DNA of 64,000 nucleotides from a virus (taxonomy: Duplodnaviria; Caudoviricetes): positions 1 through 64,000 of the IMG/VR virus record IMGVR_UViG_3300020576_003495; one strand, given 5' to 3'. Shown in pieces: positions 53,501 to 61,648 of this stretch (position 1 is its first letter; each line of letters starts with the position of its first letter). A program made the translations under genes and the position numbers. A model generated the notes under the pieces. It searched no databases. It was given only the letters and a program-made list of their open reading frames with translations, and was not told the DNA's origin.

Positions 53501-53683
53501 GCTTCGGATATGCTAAATGCAGAAAACCTGCCCAACTCAGGCCAAACCATGACTCCATCAGAAATGATTGAGTTGAGTGTAAAGATTGGTGAGGCTAAAG
53601 CATCAAAAGTGCAAGGTTCTCGTGATAGCATATACAATTTGGTTCATTCTTTGCGAGACTTGCAAGATAGGTCAATGACGTGA
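44504..53683 (+). CDS. tape measure protein (3059 aa) with expanded repetitive C-terminus
   Basis: LKAVDGFT N-terminus, AAKLARAAQDLA, long coiled coils, GTGTSDSIPALLSHGEFVV. Confidence 0.9.
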   Translation: MAITQEVQILLKAVDGFTPTVKKINAAIVGLGGAFDGIKKNIAGVADLVARLESSLVGIGRAVAPALSSVQSQLDAIASSTEKAIAAPTNKALVNKASATANEQKAVGHGGDAVGHPFRGNQYTTVDASGLIVPRLVNKESTNSSSVIEHQTVVQQKVDRKDETHAEKNTAASVPTATQPTVPGQAAPAGFISKLLQHIPEQEGHASPGAPKVHDIPGASGVHALTEGFGELKEGVGASNEALEKLSNLIKVLGRGYLLLQGVKLFEEMAGEAAEVERLGTVVHMVGANAGYMASEVDAADKKVQSLGITASASRTSLTEFIKSGLALEGAAKLARAAQDLAVISGENSSDTFRGLTEAISEQSIMMLRWRGISVTNEEAQQKFAAQQGRSVSSLTEVEKKQALLNLTLERAASLSGIYEAAMGDVGKQASSLARYQEEAAETLQHAMLPAYSQVVTELTIFLRNLRTLTEEYNAAHHGSTGFSDGVGLVARNIRKGLETLVSYRQEITTLAKAYIAFKAAQAGVSFFANAKDTAKKGFGNLAEGKSWGGKAKGELAHDKEQVATDEAKVKATTAHAAASTKAEIAITGEATATGRLAGAVNATAIAYERMAVSRAAALKNPLSMVAGEVQNTNKAALQTTPTGSVAQKTPVKVPTQPTVYPVDVAAKVKAVERPKQPVNIMSASVNAALNNPNGNLGYTQYNPAGKLVNDGGSFSGQRASAALGYRPRPVDNALSLVPVVASRSPTKAPTVTAEASGASNVANAASTIAPAVISATGAVGVLGKAFTVVGGIIKGIWSLLGGIPGIIIGLAGYWLVFGGGVEKIGKVFDVIAHTAMNIKDTIHSWFSGDNEKKEQLKNRIADRNKAYAESQKDEAHLELPESKEYSGLYKTKRDAEEKKIYLEYQQGKIVQQLKASYNVGDQEKSDELKEQIRTAKEEAKAANEALEKYEEENKDKLTPGVKKLITSKADKEAFQKGIENQNRLDVTDLQNTRKQTGQDQTIFNYGAPVSIGLMSNLKEARLEVDAFSKNMYGADASIQRVTQAYENFIDSAKTTGEIIVAQREWQKLIDENAAKLDVLTQLKGGASKEKAGASPKEAALFKATSESITDEANKSGETPDEIIAKRIKAAEALKSGFTDFGNPLKASQKREEELKASPEKAKAYYDELVKTGEISKEVATSFDGNLDGQIDLALGHAAGLTKEFERLGATVQSLSAEKAAFNAWELAIDELTKKTEYFAKQIAKVKELNDAQFQLETSALSGAEFKGDKTSTVMASINVEAERIKYERAMAYIKLTADKRKAVSTVSTQTGLDSDSTKKETTLANERETYEKSLKAYREEHKAEIEGTPEKAKDSHGTEGKKNSGFFNILVNGYNVKDDKVVAGVVEAKEKGKVEVPEAAKKPATPEVKAATAPTPPVATTTKKEGSGVEDVIRNTEEKKKALEERLVKEGKGRELEIYTAEQKLTELKKAKDKVLATESAKTKEDAETKVVEQEKKVAELKDALARDKKFASAAYVTNRLESLNAKPVSELTASEKEEKTQLTQANAKGVDTTGTKSLTLEGTSSDKAQLDKYNFVLENAEKQKKSEDKYKKEAATREDSASTNAKESKANLEEKAGISALALDADSAKDRLKVSQNYYDALRKQLDIYYAGYTAKVESMRDIHKGEIDLATTLVNQRHGDVIAGEQMKFNPLKENIYSAEAAQGQAKLGAEGAKYEENLSALKKSEDKQKEMVNKGDATPHDKQLQLNQIEAEGITKRLALNKDYFSQLNSLREDALAKAKQHAQAAVDFEKQARDTILEGNKTLREMNRTNMSAPDKYIDQKKEYAEAMSRGEEMRKAGDFKAAEKQFQSAQGMASGLLNSDAVDPLTAKREAMERHAAATQSLVGVQTEQGSIERAGEASQMATVQNVTETMSRLSESMHELATNAEVKLNPKLDEAAIADIQKQLNGVTADHTADIKVALNNESVDALYKSVQGALDNHTFSVNIEEANVKGSNSRSAKSTDESGDRIAKADGGLIQGVGTGTSDSIPALLSHGEFVVKRDATDHYGTEFLSLLNSRALRFSEGGVVEGKRKEGIAGWLFHQKYTAEDVENSKTVKKSILKESQHEDLLNRALSSETTRRAQIAQAAAYSNYSLGGLVSHFDSGGDSGELLPGQVMYKGKPTWASQVPSEPKKKEGFFGSLFSKVGSTDEKKPAVGSTHVEPAHAQGTVLGNKDELQKVANYAEGGDVKLEPGQVLYNGKAVWASQVPRDSNKKEGLFSRILNSLTPKESEPKSDDSGFLGGLLGKSLESDDRRMARTVAAANYADGGGVGDSASWGGETTRFNRLSSDEPKKSSTTTTSTTKTINSNTGRTKEADGHGILGSVARHLELKDIVKSGRALTNADLAAKDPSDKNVAAPSSSKGYSEVKASDNWFNALKSAHKRSEAEDIWNEYQTARIARSNHYDNFGSSHTTSSTGTRVTARDLGGLYASGGDVVNPTLVKYAGGGLVGFNTGTTPEKLAEAEKQRRLTAGQPASNPTATPAADPSGALLAIQLSKGWSNDLAAASAYGLEPLTPKSVTQTVSNASVVNTNKDEATVKRTPSVLGSAARHTSLVDAVKSGRALTSSDLADDASSGKMAAVASSSTGYNEVKASDQWFNKLKSNRKRSEAEEIWNDYQSARIQRSNHYDNFGSSHTTSSTGERVTARDLGGMYAEGGIVVPPMLSLMDRFAEGGIAQRTGEYWAHDNEEFEKSHPNPLQQLGRLLNPITGFGSALGTVHKAAGEGDLLGLGMGILGALPVFGSAVHGARGMKLTADLVKRASEHTLKDRTKEMVAENIKHQTHASLPIGDILERVKSVRGELPNLRNAPRAKRNYAQGDSNSLTDFISDSSNITKVLSSAYDKDKLKGTRYAQFAEGGDVVDRILTAFGLNGRLDRTAESVLGGKKKIYGDATSGIRGATGGMATPDGFINALVSHGEFRVNKDAVSHYGSGLFNAINDMSYSRFSDGGLAGAASDMLNAENLPNSGQTMTPSEMIELSVKIGEAKASKVQGSRDSIYNLVHSLRDLQDRSMT

Positions 53684-54081
53684 TTATAATTCGCTTAGGG
53701 GGTTTGGAGTTGAATCCAAGCCTGAACTGGACAGACAGGTTTCAGTCGTATCAGGTGGCTCAGACGGTTAGCCGCACTGTGGGGGGTAAAGCCGTAGTTT
53801 TTGCCACGCCTTTGCAAGCGGGTCGAAAGGTCACATTGGAGTCAACGCAAGAGCAAGGCTGGTTAACGCTTGACATGGTGACTGACCTAGCAGTTATGGC
53901 GTCAACGGTAGGGTCTTCCTTCTTGCTTGAAGTCGGTGATGATGCAGGGACGTTAGAAACGCTAAATGTAATATTCAGGCACAACGAACCCCCTGCGTTA
54001 GAATTGTCCCCCATGATAAATCGCCCCAAGCATGAAACCGAAGATATGTTTTATGGGAAAATAAAGCTGTTAACCATCTAA
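53680..54081 (+). CDS. distal tail protein-like
   Basis: Immediately after the TMP; LNWTD..Q...RTVGG..GRKVTL..GWL..IKLLTI. Confidence 0.65.
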   Translation: MIIIRLGGLELNPSLNWTDRFQSYQVAQTVSRTVGGKAVVFATPLQAGRKVTLESTQEQGWLTLDMVTDLAVMASTVGSSFLLEVGDDAGTLETLNVIFRHNEPPALELSPMINRPKHETEDMFYGKIKLLTI

Positions 54082-54111
54082 ATTTGCAATTACTTTCATT
54101 GGAGTTTCACC

Positions 54112-55095
54112 ATGGCACTACTACCCGCCGACATCAAGCTTTTCAAACCCGCTAACATTTCAGACACGTCATCCAATGGCGGGGAGATAACCACCGTTGA
54201 ATTGTTGGATGTGGTTGGGGCATTATTCGCCAACGTGGATAATACAGAACGTACTACAGGATCAACCAAGTGGCGCAAGATGTTCTACAAGCTGCATAAT
54301 AACGGGATTGATCCTTTGATAGCCGCACGTGTGTTCATGGACAAGGATACGGGGGGTAGCGATACTGTTCTATTCGTCCCCGGAACAACGACAGACACGC
54401 AGAGCAGCATTAGCGCATCGCCCATTTTTGGTGTGTTTCCCCTAAGCCAATCCATCCTGTCAGGATCAACAGAAGTTAAAGCCACACTACCCGCTGGCAT
54501 AGCCAACCCTTTTTATATTGGCGGTGTTATTCGGGTAACCAACAAGCCCACAGTAGCTGATGCGGGTGATGAGGATTTCGTTACTGTAACGGCCATGTCG
54601 GGAACTACAGGCGTTATCACTATGACGGTCAGCCCTGCGGTCAATAGTTCGTACACAGCAGCAACAACCAAAGTAGCGGGTGTTCATGAGTTTGGAGATT
54701 TAGTGGCAAACGTATCCGACCTTGTTGATGCGTCGGCCACAGGATCATTGGACATCTCAAGCATCGTGTGTAACAACAAGGCAACCATAGACTCTGTGTG
54801 GACGTTCGCATTCACATCAGCTACAGCGTTCAATGTGTCATCCAGTGCGCTTGGTTCTATGGGGACAGGGAATATCGTTACTTCTACGTTTTCTATCGAC
54901 AACGCTGGTGTTAGCCTTCCGTACTTCACAATCCCCAACACGGCTTGGGGCGGCACGTTTACCAACGGGGATACTTTTAACTTTACGACCAATGCGGCAA
55001 GCGTACCTTTGTGGATAAAGCGTGTTGTTCCTGCGGGTTCTACACCAACAACGGTTAATCGTGCTGTTTTCGTTCTTGACGGCGGTTCAATCTAA
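54112..55095 (+). CDS. tail tip structural protein
   Basis: SNGG..LF.NV...ER..G..WRKMF..PLWIKRVVPAG. Confidence 0.7.
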   Translation: MALLPADIKLFKPANISDTSSNGGEITTVELLDVVGALFANVDNTERTTGSTKWRKMFYKLHNNGIDPLIAARVFMDKDTGGSDTVLFVPGTTTDTQSSISASPIFGVFPLSQSILSGSTEVKATLPAGIANPFYIGGVIRVTNKPTVADAGDEDFVTVTAMSGTTGVITMTVSPAVNSSYTAATTKVAGVHEFGDLVANVSDLVDASATGSLDISSIVCNNKATIDSVWTFAFTSATAFNVSSSALGSMGTGNIVTSTFSIDNAGVSLPYFTIPNTAWGGTFTNGDTFNFTTNAASVPLWIKRVVPAGSTPTTVNRAVFVLDGGSI

Positions 55096-55097
55096 CC

Positions 55098-56099
55098 ATG
55101 GCATTAGAAGTCCGTGCCGTAGTAGCCAACATACCAGCTACGGTAACAAAACTCCACGGATACCCGCTTAAGCTGGTTGGGGATTCTTTCCATGTGCAGG
55201 TGTATCCACCGGGGAACGTTGTTGAGGTAACTGATGGGACGCTGAATCTAATAAAAGCCAACATACGGATTTACATCCCCGGTTCCTTGGTGCGTTTTAA
55301 CAACTCTGTTACAGCCCCATCTGGTTGGCTGGAAATAGGGCATTGGGCAATACTGTATAGTTTTACTGAGACTGTTCTCCACAGCACCAGACCGCTATCC
55401 ATAACATACGACCAAGAATCAGGAAACTTCATAGCTTCTCATCCGTGCCATGCCGCAATAAAGATGGAACCTTTCTTTGCCGAGTACGATTTGTATTCCT
55501 ACACACCCGCTTTCGGTAAAGAAGTTGTGACCTTCGATCCTTGGCTTGGTAAAGAGTACAGAATGTCATCCACGTTTTATGGCACAGCGTACTGCATTCA
55601 TAGGTTTGACCCCGCTCTGCAACTGCCGCCTGCTGTGGCTACGTTTGACATACCCGCGCCGACCATTATTCCGTCTAGTTCAACCAACCTGTATAACACC
55701 TATAGCATAACAACGCCCACCATATTGACTGACCGTGGGGAGTGGCTGCGACCAGCTAAGTGGGACAGCCCTGATTACGATAAAGCCAATGCTTATGGGC
55801 CGGGTGTTGAGGGGCCGAGTAAAGAAGACTCGTGGGTAATGAAAAACAGCGTCATTGAAACAGGACATAACACGGCTGACGGGGACAATATTCACCACAC
55901 AAAACCGAAGCCTCTTGTTATCGGCAGCACGGTAGTTCCAGCGGATCAACTTGTAGTGCAGTATCAAATAAACAAAAAGCCGCCCGGTATGAGCGAGCAG
56001 GACTACCAGAACAGCTTATCTTACGCAGCAAATCGTATTGCTTACCATAATGCCAGCCAGATACTTGATACAACCACACCCGGTTCTGGTGTTGCCTGA
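55098..56099 (+). CDS. tail-region protein
   Basis: 333-aa ORF in the tail operon. Confidence 0.6.
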   Translation: MALEVRAVVANIPATVTKLHGYPLKLVGDSFHVQVYPPGNVVEVTDGTLNLIKANIRIYIPGSLVRFNNSVTAPSGWLEIGHWAILYSFTETVLHSTRPLSITYDQESGNFIASHPCHAAIKMEPFFAEYDLYSYTPAFGKEVVTFDPWLGKEYRMSSTFYGTAYCIHRFDPALQLPPAVATFDIPAPTIIPSSSTNLYNTYSITTPTILTDRGEWLRPAKWDSPDYDKANAYGPGVEGPSKEDSWVMKNSVIETGHNTADGDNIHHTKPKPLVIGSTVVPADQLVVQYQINKKPPGMSEQDYQNSLSYAANRIAYHNASQILDTTTPGSGVA

Positions 56100-59000
56100 T
56101 GTCTGAACCATTAAGCATAGGTATCGTAAAGGATAGGGATGAAGCTAAGGCGTACTTCAAACCTGAGACAAGTTTTTATACGTTTTACACTGTTGAGGAT
56201 GTTTATTTATCCCTAACCACGGATACGGATAACGATCCTATTTTTGGTAGTGTGTCCCTTTACAACCCCGCAAAATCAAGTAAGGCCAAACCCCTAAACT
56301 CCACAAAGCATATTGCGCCAGAAAAGCAGTGGGGTAACGCTCCGACAACGAATGTAACGGCTAACGCCACAGTGCCTACAATGGTGTCCAACCAGCTTGG
56401 TCAGCGGTCGTGGGCGTACAGTCCGACAGCCTTCTGCGTAAGCTATTCGCCTTCTAATATTTTTAATTGGGGAGGTAAAGCACACAGCATCTTGACGACG
56501 AGAACGCCCAACGAGTTTCCTGTTTCATGGGGAACGCGGCCAGCGATGTACACACAAACAGCATTACCAGCAACAACAGCAAAAGCAAGCTACAACATAG
56601 AAACCGTAGTCCCGAAGTTACCTACGCCTAGATGGTGGAGGCGCTGCGGTGTGCAACGTGTCGTTAGCGAAAATTTTGGCTCACGTTTATTTTATGTGCT
56701 GACAGACTCTCTTAGCCGTTTCTATGTTTACCCCGTAGGCATCCCCTTAAGTGACATTGTTGATGGCGTAACTTCTGACCGTGAGTACTATGCACCGGAT
56801 GCTTACGTGCAGTCTTGGGATTTTCCTTTTTCTGCACACGGGCTAGAGGTTCCATCTGCCGACACAGCTTACGCGCTAAACTCCAAACTGTACAAATCAA
56901 GCACGTTCAAAGCCAACGCACGCCCTGTTTTTGTGTGGGGTAATTCACCCGTTGATGGAGATTCGGCTAAAAGTAATCCAACAACGTATGATGATTGGGC
57001 GGGGTACGAAAGTGGATTTTCCCTGTCTAAGCCATTAAATTCAGCGCATTACGTGTGGTCGTTCAACTACAACAGCACACGCGCTACAACCATAGCCTAT
57101 AAGTTGAAAACGGATCAACGAGTCATGCAGGGTATTCTTGGTGATGATTATCCGATGTGGAGACACAAAGACTGTCCCTACGGGTACGCCATACCTACAG
57201 TGCTGAAGGATAAAGTAAATGCTAGTGTAGCGTCAGCAATGGCTGTGGAAGGCGTTAACTTTTCAAAAGACAACCGTACCCTTATCCCCTGCAAAGATTC
57301 TGTTACCGCTTTGCTTGAAGTGGGTATAGACATTGTTTTGACGGGGGACACGATAGGAGATTTCGTAGCAACGTTTTCTGTACTTAAAGCCGACCTGTCA
57401 ACAACAAGCGGGAATTATTATGTGGCGTCGGGGTATTCGCGCCCAAAGTGGTCGGACAACTGGCAGAAAATAGTTAACGGTAATGGTCTGGCATGGTCGA
57501 CCTTAAAGTTGTCTGGTGATACTACTGATCTAGCAGGGTACCGACTTACGGACACAGTTTTTACGAACAACACAGAAACAAACCTAGATTTCTCAGCGCG
57601 TGCTAGCGTGTCGACAACAAAGAAAGATTTTTATGAGTACATCCGGTTATTCTTCTCTGAGGGCAGGAGTGACCTTGATGAGTTTTATACCGAACTTGTT
57701 AAGGTTCTGCCAACCCTTGAAGTAAAAAGCAGTACCGTGTCAGGAGATTTCTGGTCGTGTAAGCCTGCGGACGTAAGTTCTAATAAAACGGGGTTTACTA
57801 CAGCTACGTGGGGGCCGATGCTCAAAGTCCCTATAGGCACAATGATAACGGATTACGAAATTTATGCTGGGGACAGGTTAGTTGATCCCGGCGAAGTTAC
57901 GTTTGTCTCCATGCACTCATTGGCATGGCACCTATTAAATGATCCCGCGCTACTGAAATTTATCAGTGCGCAGATAGCTGTTAATTTGAGTCGTAGCGAT
58001 TACGTTGAGGATTCGCACGATGAGGATGAGCTAGCTTATTATTTTGGGGCGTACTACTACCCCGGCGTAACCATAGACGGCGAGCTACTGTACATACCCA
58101 CTGCCACTAACCCAGATACATCTGCCACGTTAGAACACTATCCAGAGGCGCTGTATGCTTTCCAAGGCTACTTATTAGAAGCGCTCTACTTTGTAAATTC
58201 ATCTAAATCAGCATTGTTTACTGAAGCGTATGACGGCCCGTTATCCCATTTCTACTGGCACAACTATGACATAATCTTTAGACTGATGCAGTTGGCTCTG
58301 GTTAATAAGCTGCTGATTTATTCTGAGCTAGAGGATGTTATACGCACCAAGTTTATGCAGGTGTATTTTCAGTTCATGTTCACCGGAAGCACTTCTCCGC
58401 TAGAGATAAAGCTAGAATTCCCGCACCCGCCTGACCCCCCACCACCAGCCGAGACTGACTACCGAACCTTGTACTTCGACAATCTATACGAAGATTGGAG
58501 TATTAGCACCATAGATGGGTACATGGTATCCAACATAGATACGATGCGTGTCAGGTTGCCGTTGAATGCGGCGGCGTCTAACACGCTAGACATCAACGTT
58601 CTTCCCGAGGATCGAACAAAACGGTTCATGGCGACGTTGGTTACTTTCCCTTCAGCGGACGCCGAATTGGTCTATGCACAGACGCAAGCCATGGAGTCGT
58701 TTGGGAGGAAAGTGTACGACTTTAAAGCTTTTTTATGTGGCTACGAGACGTACACAGAGTATGACGATACCACAGGGCTACCCACAGGCAATACGCCTGT
58801 TAGAGACATGTACGTGTATAAGTTGGTGGACACAGAGTACGTCGTTAGCCGTACCAGCTTGGATATACTTGGTAACTTCCCTGAATTGAAACAGGAGGAT
58901 TTACCTTCTTACGGCAAGCCGTTGAATCTCCCGCCGAATATAAATGCCGCGCCTTTGGACATGGAGTGTGCTGAGTTTTTAAAGAGTGATGCGCTCAACT

Positions 59001-59905
59001 ACACCAGACTTGCCTTTAGAAATATCCAAAGTAGCGGTGAAGGGACGAAGCCTTGCGAAACCTATTGGTCTGTTACCACGGGTGTTGATTTCCACATAAA
59101 AGTGACGAAGGATACGGTTACCAATGTGGTGGCTGCGCATGACTTTTCAAATTCAGACACTATGATTTATGCGTGTTCTGCCAATGAGAACTTTCATTCG
59201 TTTTCTTTGGGATCAGCACAGCTTCGGGCTACTGAAGTTGTTGAATTAAACGGTGGTGTTTTAGAGTCAGATATATTGACGCCTTCCGCGTCAGGAACAA
59301 CCCTCGACATATCAGAGTACGCGCTGCTTTACAATTGGGTTCATGCTAACTTTTTTGGGTCTGATTACTACATCCCTAAAACATGGCTGCACTCATCTCC
59401 CTATGCTACGGATGGGAGTGCTGCAACAGAAGCCGCTTTAACCTACGGTGATATTCCAACGAGAGAGTACCTTAATCGGGGCTACTCTATGGGGCCAGAA
59501 ACGCCGAAGGGTGTGTATTCATTCGTAACGTCAGATGCCTACGGCTCAGCCGCTGGCTATTCGCTGCCGCCTAAAGGCACGTTGCAAGTAATTTCAGCGG
59601 CAATACCCACAACAGGCAAACGTAAAAATGCCATATCATCAAAGTATTCATCGGCGCAAACACTGGACTTTGTGTTTTCTAGGAGGCGCAAAGGGGACGC
59701 CACGTTCTACTATAAAACCACGCATAACGACCTATTTAATGGCGCTTTTGCACTTGCTTTATCAGAACCTAGAAAGTACCTGTATTATTGCGATACAACG
59801 TCTTCTGGTGTCGGCGGAGGGTTTGCTACGGCAGGGGGGTTTTACCCATTCAAGCTGCCCAATGTGGGCACAGAATCGTGCCCTAACTTAAAGAAAGAAT
59901 GGTAA
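56099..59905 (+). CDS. large tail-region protein
   Basis: 1268-aa ORF, TGATG coupled. Confidence 0.65.
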   Translation: MSEPLSIGIVKDRDEAKAYFKPETSFYTFYTVEDVYLSLTTDTDNDPIFGSVSLYNPAKSSKAKPLNSTKHIAPEKQWGNAPTTNVTANATVPTMVSNQLGQRSWAYSPTAFCVSYSPSNIFNWGGKAHSILTTRTPNEFPVSWGTRPAMYTQTALPATTAKASYNIETVVPKLPTPRWWRRCGVQRVVSENFGSRLFYVLTDSLSRFYVYPVGIPLSDIVDGVTSDREYYAPDAYVQSWDFPFSAHGLEVPSADTAYALNSKLYKSSTFKANARPVFVWGNSPVDGDSAKSNPTTYDDWAGYESGFSLSKPLNSAHYVWSFNYNSTRATTIAYKLKTDQRVMQGILGDDYPMWRHKDCPYGYAIPTVLKDKVNASVASAMAVEGVNFSKDNRTLIPCKDSVTALLEVGIDIVLTGDTIGDFVATFSVLKADLSTTSGNYYVASGYSRPKWSDNWQKIVNGNGLAWSTLKLSGDTTDLAGYRLTDTVFTNNTETNLDFSARASVSTTKKDFYEYIRLFFSEGRSDLDEFYTELVKVLPTLEVKSSTVSGDFWSCKPADVSSNKTGFTTATWGPMLKVPIGTMITDYEIYAGDRLVDPGEVTFVSMHSLAWHLLNDPALLKFISAQIAVNLSRSDYVEDSHDEDELAYYFGAYYYPGVTIDGELLYIPTATNPDTSATLEHYPEALYAFQGYLLEALYFVNSSKSALFTEAYDGPLSHFYWHNYDIIFRLMQLALVNKLLIYSELEDVIRTKFMQVYFQFMFTGSTSPLEIKLEFPHPPDPPPPAETDYRTLYFDNLYEDWSISTIDGYMVSNIDTMRVRLPLNAAASNTLDINVLPEDRTKRFMATLVTFPSADAELVYAQTQAMESFGRKVYDFKAFLCGYETYTEYDDTTGLPTGNTPVRDMYVYKLVDTEYVVSRTSLDILGNFPELKQEDLPSYGKPLNLPPNINAAPLDMECAEFLKSDALNYTRLAFRNIQSSGEGTKPCETYWSVTTGVDFHIKVTKDTVTNVVAAHDFSNSDTMIYACSANENFHSFSLGSAQLRATEVVELNGGVLESDILTPSASGTTLDISEYALLYNWVHANFFGSDYYIPKTWLHSSPYATDGSAATEAALTYGDIPTREYLNRGYSMGPETPKGVYSFVTSDAYGSAAGYSLPPKGTLQVISAAIPTTGKRKNAISSKYSSAQTLDFVFSRRRKGDATFYYKTTHNDLFNGAFALALSEPRKYLYYCDTTSSGVGGGFATAGGFYPFKLPNVGTESCPNLKKEW

Positions 59906-61647
59906 TGGCTATAGCACCAACATTACTCGCTGGAAGTCAAGTCGCCTTAGAGTTCACAACGATGCCTTTTGTGGAACCGTTGTTTTTACGTGGATTTACG
60001 CAAACACCGAAACTTAAAGCGGCGTATCTCCCCACAGAAAATTCCATACGCTTTTGGATTTCCGATACAGCGGGGGACATGCTAACCCAAGTGTCGTCAG
60101 ATTCAGTCTTTGCTGTTCCTTCAACGCCCTACTCATCTAATTTAAATACCTACAGCGTTATAGCTTACAGCAGAGCAGGTGCCGTTTGTCTGATGCGCAT
60201 AAACCCAAACGCTTCTGGCTATGCTGCTTTTGTCCAAACTGCTACTGCACCTTTGGCGCGTATTGAACAGTCGTTAACCGAAACACTAAGCATAAATTTC
60301 GCAGCAACAAGTCCTCTGGCAACAGTGTACAGCAGCACGGTGAACAGGGATACGGGAGTCTCTTTGTTTGACAATGCCTACTGGTCTTCGTTTAATAGGA
60401 GCGTATCGGTAGCCGCGCCAATAACAGGGTTGGTTCCTCTCGTAACAAGCGGTTTCTCCATAGGAAACTCGTGGATGAAGCAGACTGTTGATGTTGGAAC
60501 TGGCGACATTTATGTTGCGGTTGCCAGCAATTCAGCAACAGGGATAGACGCTGATTTAGGCACCCCTGTCATGATAGTTAAAAACGACGGCACGGTTGGT
60601 TCTCCTGTGTATGTTGTTCCGCCAAACGCTCTAATAAACCTACCTGATACGAAGTATCAATTCACAGCAACAAGCTACACTAGCGCGACGGACGCCAGCA
60701 GTCCTTATCCCTATATTGTGGCTGTAGCCCAAGACGGCAGTGCTTTCGTATTTACTGTAATCGTGGCTTTGGTCAACAAGACCTACGCTGGAACTGTAGC
60801 CCTTACTTTCGACTTTTCCCCTTCTTACCTAAGACGCTACATGTCAGCGTCTGGTCTTGGGGGCGCTTTGACTACACAACTACAACCACCCCCAGTTAAC
60901 GCTTTACCCATGTCAAAAATTACAGGGGTGCGCGTTATCGGTTTGGGGGGTCTGGTTTCTTTAAGTGACATAACGCTAAAGCAACGAACAAATTCACCCA
61001 CGGGTGTTCCTTTGGTACAAGGGCTGTACCCTGCCGTAGACCCTGACAGATACACCTACCTATCTGCATCAGGTGACGGGGTTAATTTCGGTGCAGAGGT
61101 TCTAGCTACAGCGTCTGGTGTCTACACACTGTACACGACTAATGGTGGTACTGTAGCTGTGACAACGAACAGGCTGCTATACGATCCTTATTACAATGGC
61201 GTTGAGGTTGTAAAGTACAACTACTCCGCGTACTCCCTTCTTGACCAAGCAACGGCGTCCAAGCTGCTTCTTGGGGATATTGAGTACAAGTGTTTTTTCC
61301 TTGTTAACACACACCCCACACAAACCATTACCACACTGAAACTATGGTCAGACTATAACTGCGACTACCTGACAGGCTCAACAGCCAACGATAACTACAT
61401 CCAGATGGGCATCATTACTAATGACAGGGACGGGACAGCTAACCCAACCATAGCGAATCAAACCACGGCTCCGGTTGGAATAACTTTCGCGTTTCACAAC
61501 TCTGAGTTAGAAGCGGCTGTGGTGTCCACATTGCTTCCGGGCGAATGCGTTCCTATATGGGTGAAGCGTGTGATAAAGTCTGGGCAGGTGCCAAGTGGCT
61601 TGCCTGAAAACATCACTAGCTCGCTACGACTTAAATTGACGTACTAA
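59905..61647 (+). CDS. tail tip/fibre-like protein with C-terminal domain paralogous to the 54112 product
   Basis: Ser/Thr-rich; C-terminal GDIEYKCFFLVNTH..PIWVKRVI. Confidence 0.65.
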   Translation: MAIAPTLLAGSQVALEFTTMPFVEPLFLRGFTQTPKLKAAYLPTENSIRFWISDTAGDMLTQVSSDSVFAVPSTPYSSNLNTYSVIAYSRAGAVCLMRINPNASGYAAFVQTATAPLARIEQSLTETLSINFAATSPLATVYSSTVNRDTGVSLFDNAYWSSFNRSVSVAAPITGLVPLVTSGFSIGNSWMKQTVDVGTGDIYVAVASNSATGIDADLGTPVMIVKNDGTVGSPVYVVPPNALINLPDTKYQFTATSYTSATDASSPYPYIVAVAQDGSAFVFTVIVALVNKTYAGTVALTFDFSPSYLRRYMSASGLGGALTTQLQPPPVNALPMSKITGVRVIGLGGLVSLSDITLKQRTNSPTGVPLVQGLYPAVDPDRYTYLSASGDGVNFGAEVLATASGVYTLYTTNGGTVAVTTNRLLYDPYYNGVEVVKYNYSAYSLLDQATASKLLLGDIEYKCFFLVNTHPTQTITTLKLWSDYNCDYLTGSTANDNYIQMGIITNDRDGTANPTIANQTTAPVGITFAFHNSELEAAVVSTLLPGECVPIWVKRVIKSGQVPSGLPENITSSLRLKLTY

Positions 61648-61648
61648 T

